The notes: generated by a model not told the origin, from the sequence alone. A stretch of DNA of 63,919 bases, filler included, from Licmophora abbreviata (GCA_900291995.1; 9 parts of 9 records of this genome joined end to end with filler, not necessarily neighbours in it); one strand, 5' to 3'. Shown: positions 11,986-23,150, counted from the first letter of the whole stretch. Translations and numbers: made by a program.

Positions 11986-13100
11986 ATGGGTTCGGATTGG
12001 GCGCAATGTCCCAGTCCCGATCGGAGGCGCACAAATTCGAAGCCTGACCAAGCCGACGAAATCATGAAGATGAGTGTGGCTCGATTCACACCCTCTGCTT
12101 CCCCGCAGTCACAGACTGTCCCTACACATTCTCGCGTTTCGCCCGTTCCCACGGGAGGCGGCATACTTTTTCCTCCGTTGGCGCTGAATGGCGAGGGACT
12201 CGCGTCGATGGACCGGAAGACGCTCGATGCCTGTCTGGAGCCCATCCGAACAGCGCTCGTCAGTATTGACGCAGCATCTATGTTAGATCTAGAGCGGGTG
12301 CAATCCAACGGTGCGATTCTAGACGAAAAGTAAGTGGAACAAGCCACAAGCATCCCTTGAATGTACCCAGCCTCACAATTCTCATTCATTGATCTCTCGC
12401 TTTATTCTGTTTGTTTTTTGTGCAGTCTTCAAGTCAAACCGATTCATGACAAGGTTATGCCTCCGAAACGACGAAATGGATCTGTCGTGCGGTATGTGCA
12501 TCTTACAGAACTCCCCGATCAATACAGTATTGGAATTTTCATCTTCCCTCCCCACGCCAAGATTCCGCTCCACGACCATCCCGGCATGTGTGTCTTGAGT
12601 CGAGTCCTTTACGGCGATCTCACACGGCGCTCCTTAGATCTATTACCACCGGAAGAAGATATGGATCCAAGTATGGTTATGAAGACCCCGAGGCCAATGA
12701 GTATGACTCGGAACGATCCAGACCTTGGTTCCCCCTGTTCCCACCTTACCTCACCAGGTCCTCCTCGTCACTATCGGAGCCGCCGCCTCGACTTCCAGAC
12801 GGGTCGAAGAGAGCATACCTGAACGCCACAGATCACTTGCAAGCTCCCGACGTTACGGCACTATATCCCGTGGAAGGAAACCTACATGAGTTTGTAGCGG
12901 GTCCGAACGGTGCCGCGGTTCTCGACGTATTGCTTCCTCCGTACGATGGTAACCACGGGCGAGATTGTACCTTTTACCACATCCACGAGGATGAACCATC
13001 ACACCCCAAACACAATGGACCACGTTGGATTGTTCCAACAGGACAACCGGAAGACTTTCATTGTATCAGCGGCAGATACGGAGACCTCGGAGAAGAGTAG
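11986..13100 (+). CDS. Thiol dioxygenase of the plant cysteine oxidase / ADO family
   Basis: IGIFIFPPHAKIPLHDHPGMCVLSRVLYG, GNLHEF, AAVLDVLLPPYD, GRDCTFY. Intron 12330..12425. A frame change between about 12660 and 12800 needs an intron or an indel. Confidence 0.88.
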
Positions 13101-13594
13101 AAGATGTCGTTGGGCCCGTTGCCATCCTTGTATTGTGGACGAGAAAGCCGGACGAGAATACGTCCGGCCGACGATATAATGTCATAATAAGCTACTGAAT
13201 CAAGTTGTGTACTAGTCAATAGCCTGGTTATATTAGATCTGTTGTACCAGGTACCTGTACATCCCTGGTAGCTTACAAACCAGATCTTCTCAACATACTG
13301 GTAGTTTCGTTCTGGTGGGGCTTCAAAATTGCCGCCAATGCGAACCCAAAACATAAGAAATCTGGAGTCGAACGGGTCATATAATCCATCTTGTGGCCGT
13401 ACACAGGGCAGGCACCGTGACGTGTCTGCGGCCACGCGGTTGCTGAGGAGGTCTGACTATTCTACGAATTGACTACTATAACTTTCGCACTGATCAAGTA
13501 CGTGTTCGTCCGGATCTTTCTCGTGCGTTTGTGTTGATTGCGGGAAAAAGGGAGGACCACAATGTGCGTAAGTGCGGTTGGAACGAAGACCAAG

Positions 13595-15007
13595 ATGAAG
13601 ACTGCCTTTTGCTTTGCTGCCGTTGTGGCCTCGGCAACTGCCTTTGCCCCGTCGACGACTAAGCCTGCTTTCAGGTGAGTTGAGTGGACCGAGTGGATGA
13701 GGCTTTTTTAGAAGATTTTTCGAACTAGTTGCGAAGTCCTTGATGAGCATTTCATGTGACAGTGGTCGATTGTTTGCACGCGGGTTCTATCTGTGGAAAG
13801 AGGATCGCTCTGTTCAAGACTAAGGGTCAGATTTCTCCGACTACAGCATCTTGGAAGATCTGAACTGACGGCTCTCGCTCTGTGGCTTCCTAAGACACTC
13901 TGGACGAGAAAGCCAATGATCAATGTTCGATCGATCGACTAGCTGAGCGAATGACCCTTGTCGCGCCGAAGCTGTATGATTTCGTTTTGGGCAACTCTCT
14001 TGTTTCCTCTAAACCATACTCTCACCCTTCACCTACACACCGTCTCTGTTCCGCGCCGCAGTACCTCGCTTAATGGCAAGCAGGACTTTTTGGAGGCCGA
14101 GCCCTACTATGATCAGTCAACTGTTCCTGTCAACGTGTTCAAGAACAAGGCTCCCTTCACCGGAAAGGTCGTCTCCACTAAGCGTATTGTCGGACCCAAG
14201 GCTACGGGTGAGACATGCCACATCATCATCGACCACGATGGTGACTTTCCTTACTGGGAGGGCCAATCTTGGGGAGTCATTCCCCCAGGCAACCGTGAAA
14301 AGGACGGCAAGCCCCACTCGGTCCGTCTCTACTCTATCGCCTCCTCCCGCTATGGAGATGACATGACGGGAAAGACCGGCTCTCTTTGCGTCCGTCGTGC
14401 CACCTACTGGGATCCTGAACTCAAGGCGGACGATCCCGCCAAGAAGGGAATCTGCTCCAACTTCTTGTGTGACACCGACCCTGGTGACGAAGTCAACATG
14501 ACTGGCCCCGCTGGAAAGGTCATGCTTCTTCCTGAGGAAGACCCCAACACCGACTACATCATGGTTGCCACCGGTACCGGTATTGCCCCTTACCGTGGTT
14601 TCATCCGCCGTTTGTTTGTGGAGGACACCCCTGCCGCCAATGCTTACAAGGGCGAGGCCTGGCTCTTCTTGGGCGTTGCCAACAGCGACGCTCTTCTTTA
14701 CGATGACGAATGGCAGGAGGCTCTCAAGAAGTACCCCGACAACTTCCGTCTTGACTATGCCCTGTCGCGTGAACAGGAGAACAAGAAGGGAGGCAAAATG
14801 TACATCCAGGACAAGGTCGAGGAATACGCTGACGAGATTTTCAAGAAGTTGGATGACGGTGCCCACATTTACTTCTGCGGTTTGAAGGGAATGATGCCTG
14901 GAATCCAGGCAATGCTCAAGACAGTCGCCGAGTCCAAGGGACTTGACTACGATGAATGGCTCAAGGGACTGAAGGGCAAGAAGCAGTGGCACGTCGAGGT
15001 CTACTAA
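13595..15007 (+). CDS. petH: Plastid ferredoxin-NADP+ reductase
   Basis: Exon 1 [19 protein letters not shown] (ASAFAP motif). [35 protein letters not shown]-terminal HVEVY. Intron 13675..14061. Confidence 0.97.
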
Positions 15008-15298
15008 GTAAGAAGGACCTGCGTGGCTACCGACGGCTCATACTCTCCTTAACTTAGTACTATATCAGGAAGCACAACTAACATTCTATACCTGTATGAT
15101 ATACGAGTAGTCTGCAACGAAGGAAATGTTGTGATATGCTTGCTTGCTCTACTTTCCTCCCGGCAACAGGCAGACAGCTGATGGACTGACTGACTGACTG
15201 ACTCTTTTTTCGTTTCTAGAAAGAGCAAAAATGGGAGACCGACAGAGTTTTTTGACATTTTTTACAATTTCTGCAGCGTGGTTCTCGGCAGCTTCACC

Positions 15299-16221
15299 AT
15301 GAGAGCGTTTACGGCATTGACAGCAGCGTCGCTGCTCATGACGGCATCTGGCTTTTCTCCCAACCCATCTGCGAACCGGCCAACCATTGTACAGCAAGCT
15401 CTCCGCTCGAAATGGACCATGATGCCCGAAGAACCGCAGCCGGAGGTGCGTCGTGGTCGCAGTTCGAAATCCGACGGCGCGCGGTTTACATTGGCTCCAC
15501 GTGTCACCCGGACTCACCGACAACCTCGTTTTCCCGCGCTTTTCCCTCGTTCTTCTTCTTCGCTTGGCAGGTCGATCCTCGCCGCAAGGATCCGGACGAC
15601 AAGCCACCTGCGTCTCCTGTCCGCATGCCTGTCATTGACACCGGAGATGGCCAGATGGATGTGATTTCTCGACTTCTCAAGGATCGTATTTTGCTGTTGG
15701 GACAACAAGTCGACGATGAGGTTGCCAACGTCCTGGTGGCGCAGCTCTTGTACCTTGCCAACGAGGACCCCACCAAGGACATTACTTTGTATATCAACAG
15801 TCCAGGAGGCTCTGTAAGCGCAGGGATGGCCATTTATGATACGATGCAGTATGTTCCTTGCGATGTTTCCACTGTGTGCTTCGGGATGGCTGCCAGTATG
15901 GGGGCATTTCTGTTGGGCGCCGGAGCTCCGGGAAAGAGACGCGCCCTGCCCAACTCGCGTATCATGATCCACCAGCCTCTCGGAGGAGCACAGGGTCAGG
16001 CTGCGGATATTGAAATCCAGGCCAAGGAAATTTTGTTCATCCGGGAAGTGCTCAACACGTACATTGCCGAGTACTGTGACCAGCCCAAAGATAAGATTGA
16101 GGCGGATTGCGACAGAGATTTCTTCATGACTCCTGAAGAAGCAGTCGACTATGGCATCATCGACGAAGTTGTCAAGACCAAGACGAGCCACATTACCAAG
16201 CCGGAAATGCCCGTCTTGTAA
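15299..16221 (+). CDS. clpP: Plastid-targeted ClpP protease proteolytic subunit
   Basis: [29 protein letters not shown] (Ser), RIMIHQP (His), DRDFFM. ASG-FSP leader. Intron 15446..15570. Confidence 0.95.
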
Positions 16222-16421
16222 GTAGAGCTATACAGGTATAAAGCGATACAACTGTTAAAAAGTGACACGACTGCAATACCTGCCACCATCCTAGATTACG
16301 ACAAACGTTGTCCGCTTCTAGTTAGTCCCCGCAAAAGCAACAATTCTCACAACTCCAACATCTTCACTCATAAACTACAATCAAAAGCAACCCTGCTTCA
16401 ACGGTGCGCAGAACGACTGCT

Positions 16422-18485
16422 TCATAGTTTCTTCACAACAACGTAACCTCGATACGCGGACTTGCAACCAATCTTCTTTGTTGCACTCGCCATATCATCT
16501 GAAGACGTGGGGTGCAAAAGTCGCCGCGGTAACACTTCTTGGGCCTGCGGATATTTCCATGCTCCACAGCTATCGTATGTCGCCATCGCTCGGTACAACC
16601 AAGCCGTAGGAACCCAAACGGAAGGATATTTGTACTTCGCCACGTCCATAATCAAGAAGGCATCCCTGTGCCGCGAATAACTTCCCACAGGACTCCAATG
16701 ACCGTGGCCAACTTGACCAATGGCAGAGCGGTCAAAATTAACTACGACACGTGCATCGGCCGAACGCAGTGCCGCCAGCAAAGACTCGCGCATCTCATCC
16801 AATGATATGCTAGAAGGATCCATGTGCACTGAATCGACGCTCCAAGAACCTTTCGGCAGGTTGCACTGTAGAAAGGCCTTGGTTTGGTCCATGCTTAGAC
16901 CACCAGGCGTGGACAAGATGCCGTCAAAAGATTCGTTTCGAACAATAACATTCGCGTCCGTACAGTCATTAAAGAGGTTCATTTGAGTGGCGTATCTGTA
17001 TGGCTTGTAGAGAGGGTCCACTGGTAGCTCCAGAGCGCACCGAAAAGAATTCAAAACTGCCACAGACGTGGCCACGGAACAATAAGCTTGATTGATCTGA
17101 GCGTCAAGGCCCCGCTGAAGGGCGAAGAAGTCGTGAGGCAGATCATTTGAAATCAACGAATCAGCTACCGTGCTGTTGAGGTACAACAACTCTGCTTTGC
17201 CGTGAAACAAGATGTGGCTCTCGTTGTGGATCCCGTCTGAAACAGTTGCCCACCACTCCTTGACGGCCTGTCGCTCTCTCTTGAACCAATGTCGAGTCGC
17301 AGTTGACTCGTCTGAAAACCAGTTCTCAGTAGAGTTGGACTCTTTTTGAATCCACGTCTTGGCATGCTCGTCTTGACTTCCAATCCACTGTCTTGCATGA
17401 TCTCGTTCAGTTCCAACCCACTCTTCAGTCACATTGGACTCCTTTCCGACCCAGACCCCAGTGGCATGGGCTTTCCTTCGGAAATCTTGCCTGACTTCTG
17501 TGCTCACATGATTCCACCAATCTTGAGCCTTTTTCTCCTCTGCTCCGAACCACTTGCCTGTCTTGGCGCTTTCTTCGCCGAGCCATTCTTCCGTTTCGTT
17601 CATGTGCCTACGAGCAAAGTCCTTCGTTTGCTTATCCTCGGTTTCCCACCAGTTCCGAATCTTATGTCCCTCGTCTTTGGCCCAGTGTCCGGTCATATTG
17701 GCCTCATCTCCCACCCAGTGCTTGGTAGCGTTTGCTTCGTCTCCCACCCAGTGTTCCGTCGAACTGGCATGGCCCGTAAACCACTGCTTCGACTCCTTAC
17801 TTTCTTTTTTCCACCACTTTTGAGCTTTCTTGTCCTCCTCGGACACCCACGCTTCAGTCTTGTTGACATTTTCTTCTGTTTTTGGTACGACTCTTTCTCG
17901 GAAAAACGTCTTGACCTGTTGCGACTCTTCACCCCACCATCTGTTTGCCTTCTCCTCCTCGTGACTCCACCAGTCTTCTGAGTCCTCAGTTTTGTGGCTC
18001 AGCCAGTCTTTTGCATTTGCGGCTCGCTCTTGAAGATCTTCCCAAGCCTGATGAAGGAACTGCTTCGGTGCCCCGCCATCGTCGTCGCGTCGATCTCGGT
18101 CGTTCCGGTAGTAGTGATCTTGCTCTACCAGCGGAAGAGTCACTGAAGATTCCGAGAGGAGAGAATACTTCCAATCCTCCCACAGTTCAAAGTTTTGGTC
18201 GAATTCCACATTCGCCGCCTCGGGATGACGACTCTCTACCGCAGTCGACAAAGGCCTGGTCGTTCTGCATGCAGCAACAAGAACCACTACCGCGGTGACG
18301 ACCAAAAACACAAAATTCGAAATCCAAGGAATATTCAATCTTCGTTCTCTCATTTGTGCTGCTTTCGGTGCATCGTGGACAAGCAACGACGCCGCCTCCT
18401 CGTCGCCATCCGCAATGGAACGGTACGAACGCATCATGGTTGATGTCATTGTTTTCTTGAGTGAGACGCTGTGGTTCTGTCGCAT
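16422..18485 (-). CDS. Type II membrane protein with Trp-rich repeat stalk and C-terminal phytochelatin synthase (papain-like) domain
   Basis: QINQAYCSVATSVAVLNS (Cys), VVVNFDRSAIGQVGHGHWSPVGSY (His), FLIMDVAKYKYPSVWVP (Asp). A single TM segment near residues 55-72. Intronless. Confidence 0.88.
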   Translation of the reverse strand: MRQNHSVSLKKTMTSTMMRSYRSIADGDEEAASLLVHDAPKAAQMRERRLNIPWISNFVFLVVTAVVVLVAACRTTRPLSTAVESRHPEAANVEFDQNFELWEDWKYSLLSESSVTLPLVEQDHYYRNDRDRRDDDGGAPKQFLHQAWEDLQERAANAKDWLSHKTEDSEDWWSHEEEKANRWWGEESQQVKTFFRERVVPKTEENVNKTEAWVSEEDKKAQKWWKKESKESKQWFTGHASSTEHWVGDEANATKHWVGDEANMTGHWAKDEGHKIRNWWETEDKQTKDFARRHMNETEEWLGEESAKTGKWFGAEEKKAQDWWNHVSTEVRQDFRRKAHATGVWVGKESNVTEEWVGTERDHARQWIGSQDEHAKTWIQKESNSTENWFSDESTATRHWFKRERQAVKEWWATVSDGIHNESHILFHGKAELLYLNSTVADSLISNDLPHDFFALQRGLDAQINQAYCSVATSVAVLNSFRCALELPVDPLYKPYRYATQMNLFNDCTDANVIVRNESFDGILSTPGGLSMDQTKAFLQCNLPKGSWSVDSVHMDPSSISLDEMRESLLAALRSADARVVVNFDRSAIGQVGHGHWSPVGSYSRHRDAFLIMDVAKYKYPSVWVPTAWLYRAMATYDSCGAWKYPQAQEVLPRRLLHPTSSDDMASATKKIGCKSAYRGYVVVKKL

Positions 18486-18896
18486 GTCGAGAAGATTCTC
18501 CTTTTACGTTCGGAATTTAGGCCCTAAACGGGTACCGGTACACGGTACTGAAATTTTGTGTAGAAACGTACGTAAAAATTCGAAACGATGTTCGGCCGCG
18601 CACGCCAGCCGGGGAAACTGAGCAAAGTTTTGTTCTGTCCTGCCATTTTTCTCTTGTCGTGTCTCGTGCTCTTGCCAATGACTACGTACTCGCACTTCGA
18701 TTGTGAGCTAGGACAAGCTTGGCAAAGAGTTCATATTCGGCTGTCACTTCCAGTGGCGAACTTCTCGATTGACTCCTTCCGTAACGCAACAGTTGAAGGA
18801 CTGGGTACGAAACAATCAAATATCAAATGCAAGTTCAACTCGGAGCACCATGAGAAGGACCATTGCTAAAAGCCTAAGAGACCCATTCCCAATCAG

Positions 18897-20336
18897 CTAA
18901 TTCACATATTTTAAAATCAAGCCTTTCACTTTTTGAACAATCGCTTCTCCCCATACACGCGTCCCATTGGCCGACGGATGAAGACCGTCGCCCAGCAACG
19001 CGAGATCAACGCCTGCCTTGTCGCTTCCAGTGGTAAACAGACTGGTGGCGTCAAAATACTCGACATGCTCGACCCCTTCCACATAACACTCCAGCCTGTC
19101 GTTGATCCATACAATACTTTCCCATAAGTTTCCCCGAGTCTTTCCTTTTCTACCCCCGCCTCGCGGCAGGATGCTGTTAATGACGACGGGAACTCCCGGA
19201 CGCACTTTTTGAAGCTCACGAGAAATGCCGATAATGCCCATCAAGACACTTTCCGCCGAGCACCAGTCTGCCAAATCATTGGTCCCAATCTCAATCCACC
19301 AGACTTTGGGATTCAGTCCATTCGGAATCTCACCATGCTCCATGCGATATCGTAATTGTGAGCACTGAAGAGATACGCGTTGACAGAGAGGGATAGACGC
19401 GTAAGTGTTGGTCGTACTACAAAAAATAGCAGCGTGCAACATACAAAGCACAGCAGTCAACACGCTCACTTGATCTCCTGCAATCCCCAGTGGCAGTCCC
19501 TGCAAGTCGGCACCGTGCTTCTTGTCAAAGAACCTGTCGAATTCTTCCTTGACCCCCCTCCACTTTTCTTTTGTTTGAAACAGGTCAGCCTGAATGAAGT
19601 GTTCTGTGATGGAGTCGCCAAGAATCACGACATCGAGTCGATCGTCACCACGTTCCGATGATGCAGCATTCAAACTCATTTCAACGTTGCGAGCAAAGGC
19701 GAGATCCCACTCATCACGATAGGCTTTCGATTCCAGCTTGTACTGAAATGGAACTAGAGGATTGAAACAGTTGCAGGATGCATGATTGGTTGTTGTTGCA
19801 CTGCAGATATCACCCTTTGAGGAGGACGACTGAATGATTCGTTCAAACGTCTCCGAGAAGGAAACATTATAGTTTCTGGCACAATCCAGCGCATCGGATG
19901 GCCACACTTCATCCATACGAAGGTTCTGCTGCGCTCGGCCATGTCCCCCGAATGCGAGCAGTAAGGCCACGAGACTGGCCAGCATCAAGCTGGCTCCCAT
20001 CCTCCAGGCATCTCCCAAACACGTGGTGGGCCTATTAAAACTGTCTTCTGACATGATTCTCCATCGAGCCAGTTCGAGAGGAAGTATACGACTTCGACGA
20101 CGAGCGGCCCGTCTTCTTCGGTAGGACTCATCGTCATCGTCATCATGAGTACGTCGAAGATTTGAGGGGCCGCTGATGTCGCCCATGAGCGGAACCACGT
20201 CCTCTTGACCATGCTGGGGTCGCTCATCCCACGCATTGCCATCCTCACTTGTTTCATCCTCCTCCCTGACGACAAAACTAGTAGTAGTATTAGCACCGTC
20301 GTTTCCTCGACGGGGATTCTTTTCTTCCGCCGTCAT
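18897..20336 (-). CDS. SGNH/GDSL hydrolase (PAF-acetylhydrolase IB-like), type II membrane protein
   Basis: VVILGDSITE, LGIAGD, IGTNDL, SILPRG, DGLHP. In-frame intron 19365..19469. Confidence 0.88.
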   Translation of the reverse strand: MTAEEKNPRRGNDGANTTTSFVVREEDETSEDGNAWDERPQHGQEDVVPLMGDISGPSNLRRTHDDDDDESYRRRRAARRRSRILPLELARWRIMSEDSFNRPTTCLGDAWRMGASLMLASLVALLLAFGGHGRAQQNLRMDEVWPSDALDCARNYNVSFSETFERIIQSSSSKGDICSATTTNHASCNCFNPLVPFQYKLESKAYRDEWDLAFARNVEMSLNAASSERGDDRLDVVILGDSITEHFIQADLFQTKEKWRGVKEEFDRFFDKKHGADLQGLPLGIAGDQVSVLTAVLCMLHAAIFCSTTNTYASIPLCQRVSLQCSQLRYRMEHGEIPNGLNPKVWWIEIGTNDLADWCSAESVLMGIIGISRELQKVRPGVPVVINSILPRGGGRKGKTRGNLWESIVWINDRLECYVEGVEHVEYFDATSLFTTGSDKAGVDLALLGDGLHPSANGTRVWGEAIVQKVKGLILKYVN

Positions 20337-20704
20337 GGTCACCACAGAAGCTTTTTGATTTTTTTTAAGGCCCGCCGTTTTCTGTTGTCGTACGACGTAG
20401 GACAGATGACTCCCTCGACTCATTTGCACTCAGGCCCTCCACATCCGACCACACCGAGGGGATGTTTACTGGAGTTTCTTGTTACAATTACGTACCATCA
20501 GCACCACCAGTGTCTTAAGGTGACCATAGCAGCACGATTGCATCCTGCCATAGCGCTCTTTCTAGCTGAAAAGTAGTAGCCTCTAGCCTACAGAGACTAG
20601 AGTAGAGTAGAGAGAGCTCTACCGGTACTCTACTACAGAGAAAAAGGGAGAGGATATGTTTCCAGGTACCCCCGGTAGCTAAGAGAGAAGCCGTATGTCC
20701 ATCA

Positions 20705-22378
20705 TCATACGGAGAGGTCCAATGCTACCGGTAAACCATCATCGTCATTCCCACCATTGACACCATCATCATTCTCAATGCGGCTTCCTCTTCTTCTTGG
20801 AAACTGTACTCCATAGACTCGAGCACATCCAATTAACGCGGTCAGCAGTCTCCCCACAAACAACGACACAATCCCTCGAGACCATATCGACACAACATTG
20901 GTCGCATGCTGCAAGTTACTCATGGCAACAATGGTACTGATAGTCGTCCCGAACGCCAACAGATTGAACTGCTGCCCTCCCACAGCCAACGACTCCATGA
21001 CCAATGTCAAGGATATCAGCAATTGCTGTCCCGCCAAATGAGGAATCAGCTGTGTCAAGTACTGTCGAATGGTCGGATCGGGTGTGAAGAGATGCGTCAC
21101 GGCGTTCCCGCACGTGAAAATCACCAACGAACTCAGCAGTCCCTGCAGTGTCGCAAATCGCACCATATACCTTGTGAGGGACCGAACTTCTTGGACACTC
21201 CGTGCTGCCGCTCGACTCATGAGGACTTGCGCCGAGACCGCAGCCCCATCCAACCAAATAGCAAAGACCAACCAAAAAGAGAGAGCAATCTGATGAGCTG
21301 CGACATGAGCCGCTCCGAGTCTAGTGGCCTTGGATGTTGCATAGGCCCATGCCAGCAGCAAACTACCCTGCTTTGCCATCATGGCCATGTTGGCACCAAG
21401 AATCGTTTGAATGACTTGTCGGACATTCACCTGATACTCTTTTGGGTTGTCATTGTCATCATTATTATTCCTGTTGTTGATGATAGTGGACTTCTTGGGC
21501 GGCAACATGTTTTTCTTTTTGAGTTGAATGATATATACAATGGCAGCCCCGAGTTGCGACAACGCCGTGGCCGCGGCAGCTCCCGCCACGCCCCAATTCA
21601 ACGGCGGCAACATGAACAACGGATCCAGTATAAGATTAATAAGTGCAGCTGCAATACTGGCGAGAAGCGGAATTTTGGTATTCCCATAGCCCCGAAAAGC
21701 TCCTTCCGCTACAACAATGGTGAGTACGGCTGGTCCTGCCCACGCCCGAGCAGAAAGGTATCGGGTTGCGGGCGCAAAGAGGGGCGAGGACTTGCTGACT
21801 CCCATGGTACTCAAACACCACGTGCCAGACGTTTGCAAGAAGAGCATGACAGCGATCCCCAAGAGAAGTCCAAACTGAAGCGAAATTTCCGTCACATGCT
21901 GTGCCTCCTCTTCGTTTCTTCGTCCGTGGGATTGTTGTTGAAGGGACCGTGCTACCAATGACGTCGTCGCAGCCGTGGTGGCTCGAAACGCATTAAAGGC
22001 GAGATGAAAGATGGATGTGCAAGCACCCAGTGCTGCGAGCTCGACCGCACCCACGACGTTTCCGACAAAGGCAGTGTCCATCAAGGAGAGGAGTGGATCG
22101 GCCAGCATGCCAATCAAGGCGGGCAAGGCAATTTGCAAGGTGGGACGTGTCCAGTGGAATGTAGTTTTAGTAGTAGACAAAGATTCTGAATCTTCCGAGG
22201 GAAGAGAGGCAGCCAAGAGTCCTTGAACCGGAGAAAGATTCGACGTCGATGTGCACCTCGAAGCTACTCTTGGGTTGGCTGATCTTTGAATTTTGGGGGG
22301 TATCCAAGAAGGCGCAAAACCAGTCACGAGGGCCCTTTCCCGAGGCAGTAGCAAGACTAGCAGTAGCAAGACTTTCAT
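20705..22378 (-). CDS. MATE (DinF/DTX-like) efflux transporter, plastid-type leader
   Basis: IALPALIGMLADPLLSLMDTAFVG, GAFRGYGNTKIP, NLILDPLF, AAHQIA. Leader ends VTG-FAP. Confidence 0.92.
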   Translation of the reverse strand: MKVLLLLVLLLPRERALVTGFAPSWIPPKIQRSANPRVASRCTSTSNLSPVQGLLAASLPSEDSESLSTTKTTFHWTRPTLQIALPALIGMLADPLLSLMDTAFVGNVVGAVELAALGACTSIFHLAFNAFRATTAATTSLVARSLQQQSHGRRNEEEAQHVTEISLQFGLLLGIAVMLFLQTSGTWCLSTMGVSKSSPLFAPATRYLSARAWAGPAVLTIVVAEGAFRGYGNTKIPLLASIAAALINLILDPLFMLPPLNWGVAGAAAATALSQLGAAIVYIIQLKKKNMLPPKKSTIINNRNNNDDNDNPKEYQVNVRQVIQTILGANMAMMAKQGSLLLAWAYATSKATRLGAAHVAAHQIALSFWLVFAIWLDGAAVSAQVLMSRAAARSVQEVRSLTRYMVRFATLQGLLSSLVIFTCGNAVTHLFTPDPTIRQYLTQLIPHLAGQQLLISLTLVMESLAVGGQQFNLLAFGTTISTIVAMSNLQHATNVVSIWSRGIVSLFVGRLLTALIGCARVYGVQFPRRRGSRIENDDGVNGGNDDDGLPVALDLSV

Positions 22379-22441
22379 GGTGCGGAACAGAAGGATCACA
22401 AAAAGGATGGCTACAGTACGTAGCGACAAAAGGAACGATCG

Positions 22442-22541
22442 NNNNNNNNNNNNNNNNNNNNNNNNNNNNNNNNNNNNNNNNNNNNTTAATTAATTAANNN
22501 NNNNNNNNNNNNNNNNNNNNNNNNNNNNNNNNNNNNNNNNN
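22442..22541. other. Assembly spacer (N44-TTAATTAATTAA-N44)
   Basis: Six-frame-stop linker flanked by Ns. Identical 100-nt spacers at 31571, 34695, 37365, 40729, 57018, 58847 and 62510. Confidence 0.98.
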
Positions 22542-22588
22542 TGCCTTTCTACTCTCTCTCTCTCTCTTGTTGGTCCTCGTTTGCCATC

Positions 22589-23150
22589 ATGTCTTCCTCC
22601 AACAGGCATCATCCTCTGTCTTCCCATAGTAACACAGCACCGTCAAAAAATAACCCATCCAGCGGCATTCCGTACGGTTACGTCCCATCCTATCTTGCCG
22701 GCTCAGCCAGTCTCGTGGAACAGCTCGACCAACGACTTTTGATTGTCTTGCGAGACGGCAGACACTTGGTGGGGGTAAGCAGAAAAAAAATAGAAAACCA
22801 CAACAAGAGGAATTTTTGCATGTCGCTGACACGTTACGTTTTTTTTGTATGATACACAGACTCTCCGCTCCTTTGATCAGTTTAGCAATATGATTCTCGA
22901 AGACTGCAGCGAACGACGCATGTGTGTCGTGGACGGAATCAGTCATTATGCCAGTATTCCACTTGGATTGTATGTCGTACGAGGAGACAGTATGGTCTTG
23001 TTGGGGCAAATTAGTAACGAAGAAGAAGAAGAAGAAGCAAGTAGTAGTAGTGCTCGGCAAGTTTCACTGGAAGAATTGGAAGCCTTGCAAAAGGCGCAAC
23101 AAGGAGAGGGGCAGCTGGAATGGGATTTTGATGCGGATCTGGTGGCATAA
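22589..23150 (+). CDS. LSM1: Sm-like protein LSM1
   Basis: GSASLVEQLDQRLLIVLRDGRHLVG|TLRSFDQFSNMIL...LGLYVVRGDSMVLLG. Intron 22775..22859. Confidence 0.9.

Noticed and set aside
14117..14992. Long antisense ORFs (also 163-909, 15514-16191, 20906-21961, 24655-25350, 30492-31358)
   Set aside because: Shadow frames of codon-biased sense genes, with no independent motifs.
20575..20700. TAG/AGT-rich block resembling 4230-4320 (shared TCCAGGT-x-CCCGG-type words) as a MITE
   Set aside because: Similarity is short and low-complexity, with no clear TIR or target-site duplication.
22486..22497. TTAATTAATTAA recurring eight times as a possible repeat or CRISPR-like element
   Set aside because: Always centred in a fixed 100-nt N block. 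It is a six-frame-stop assembly linker, and ORFs ending XXX-LIN are artefacts.
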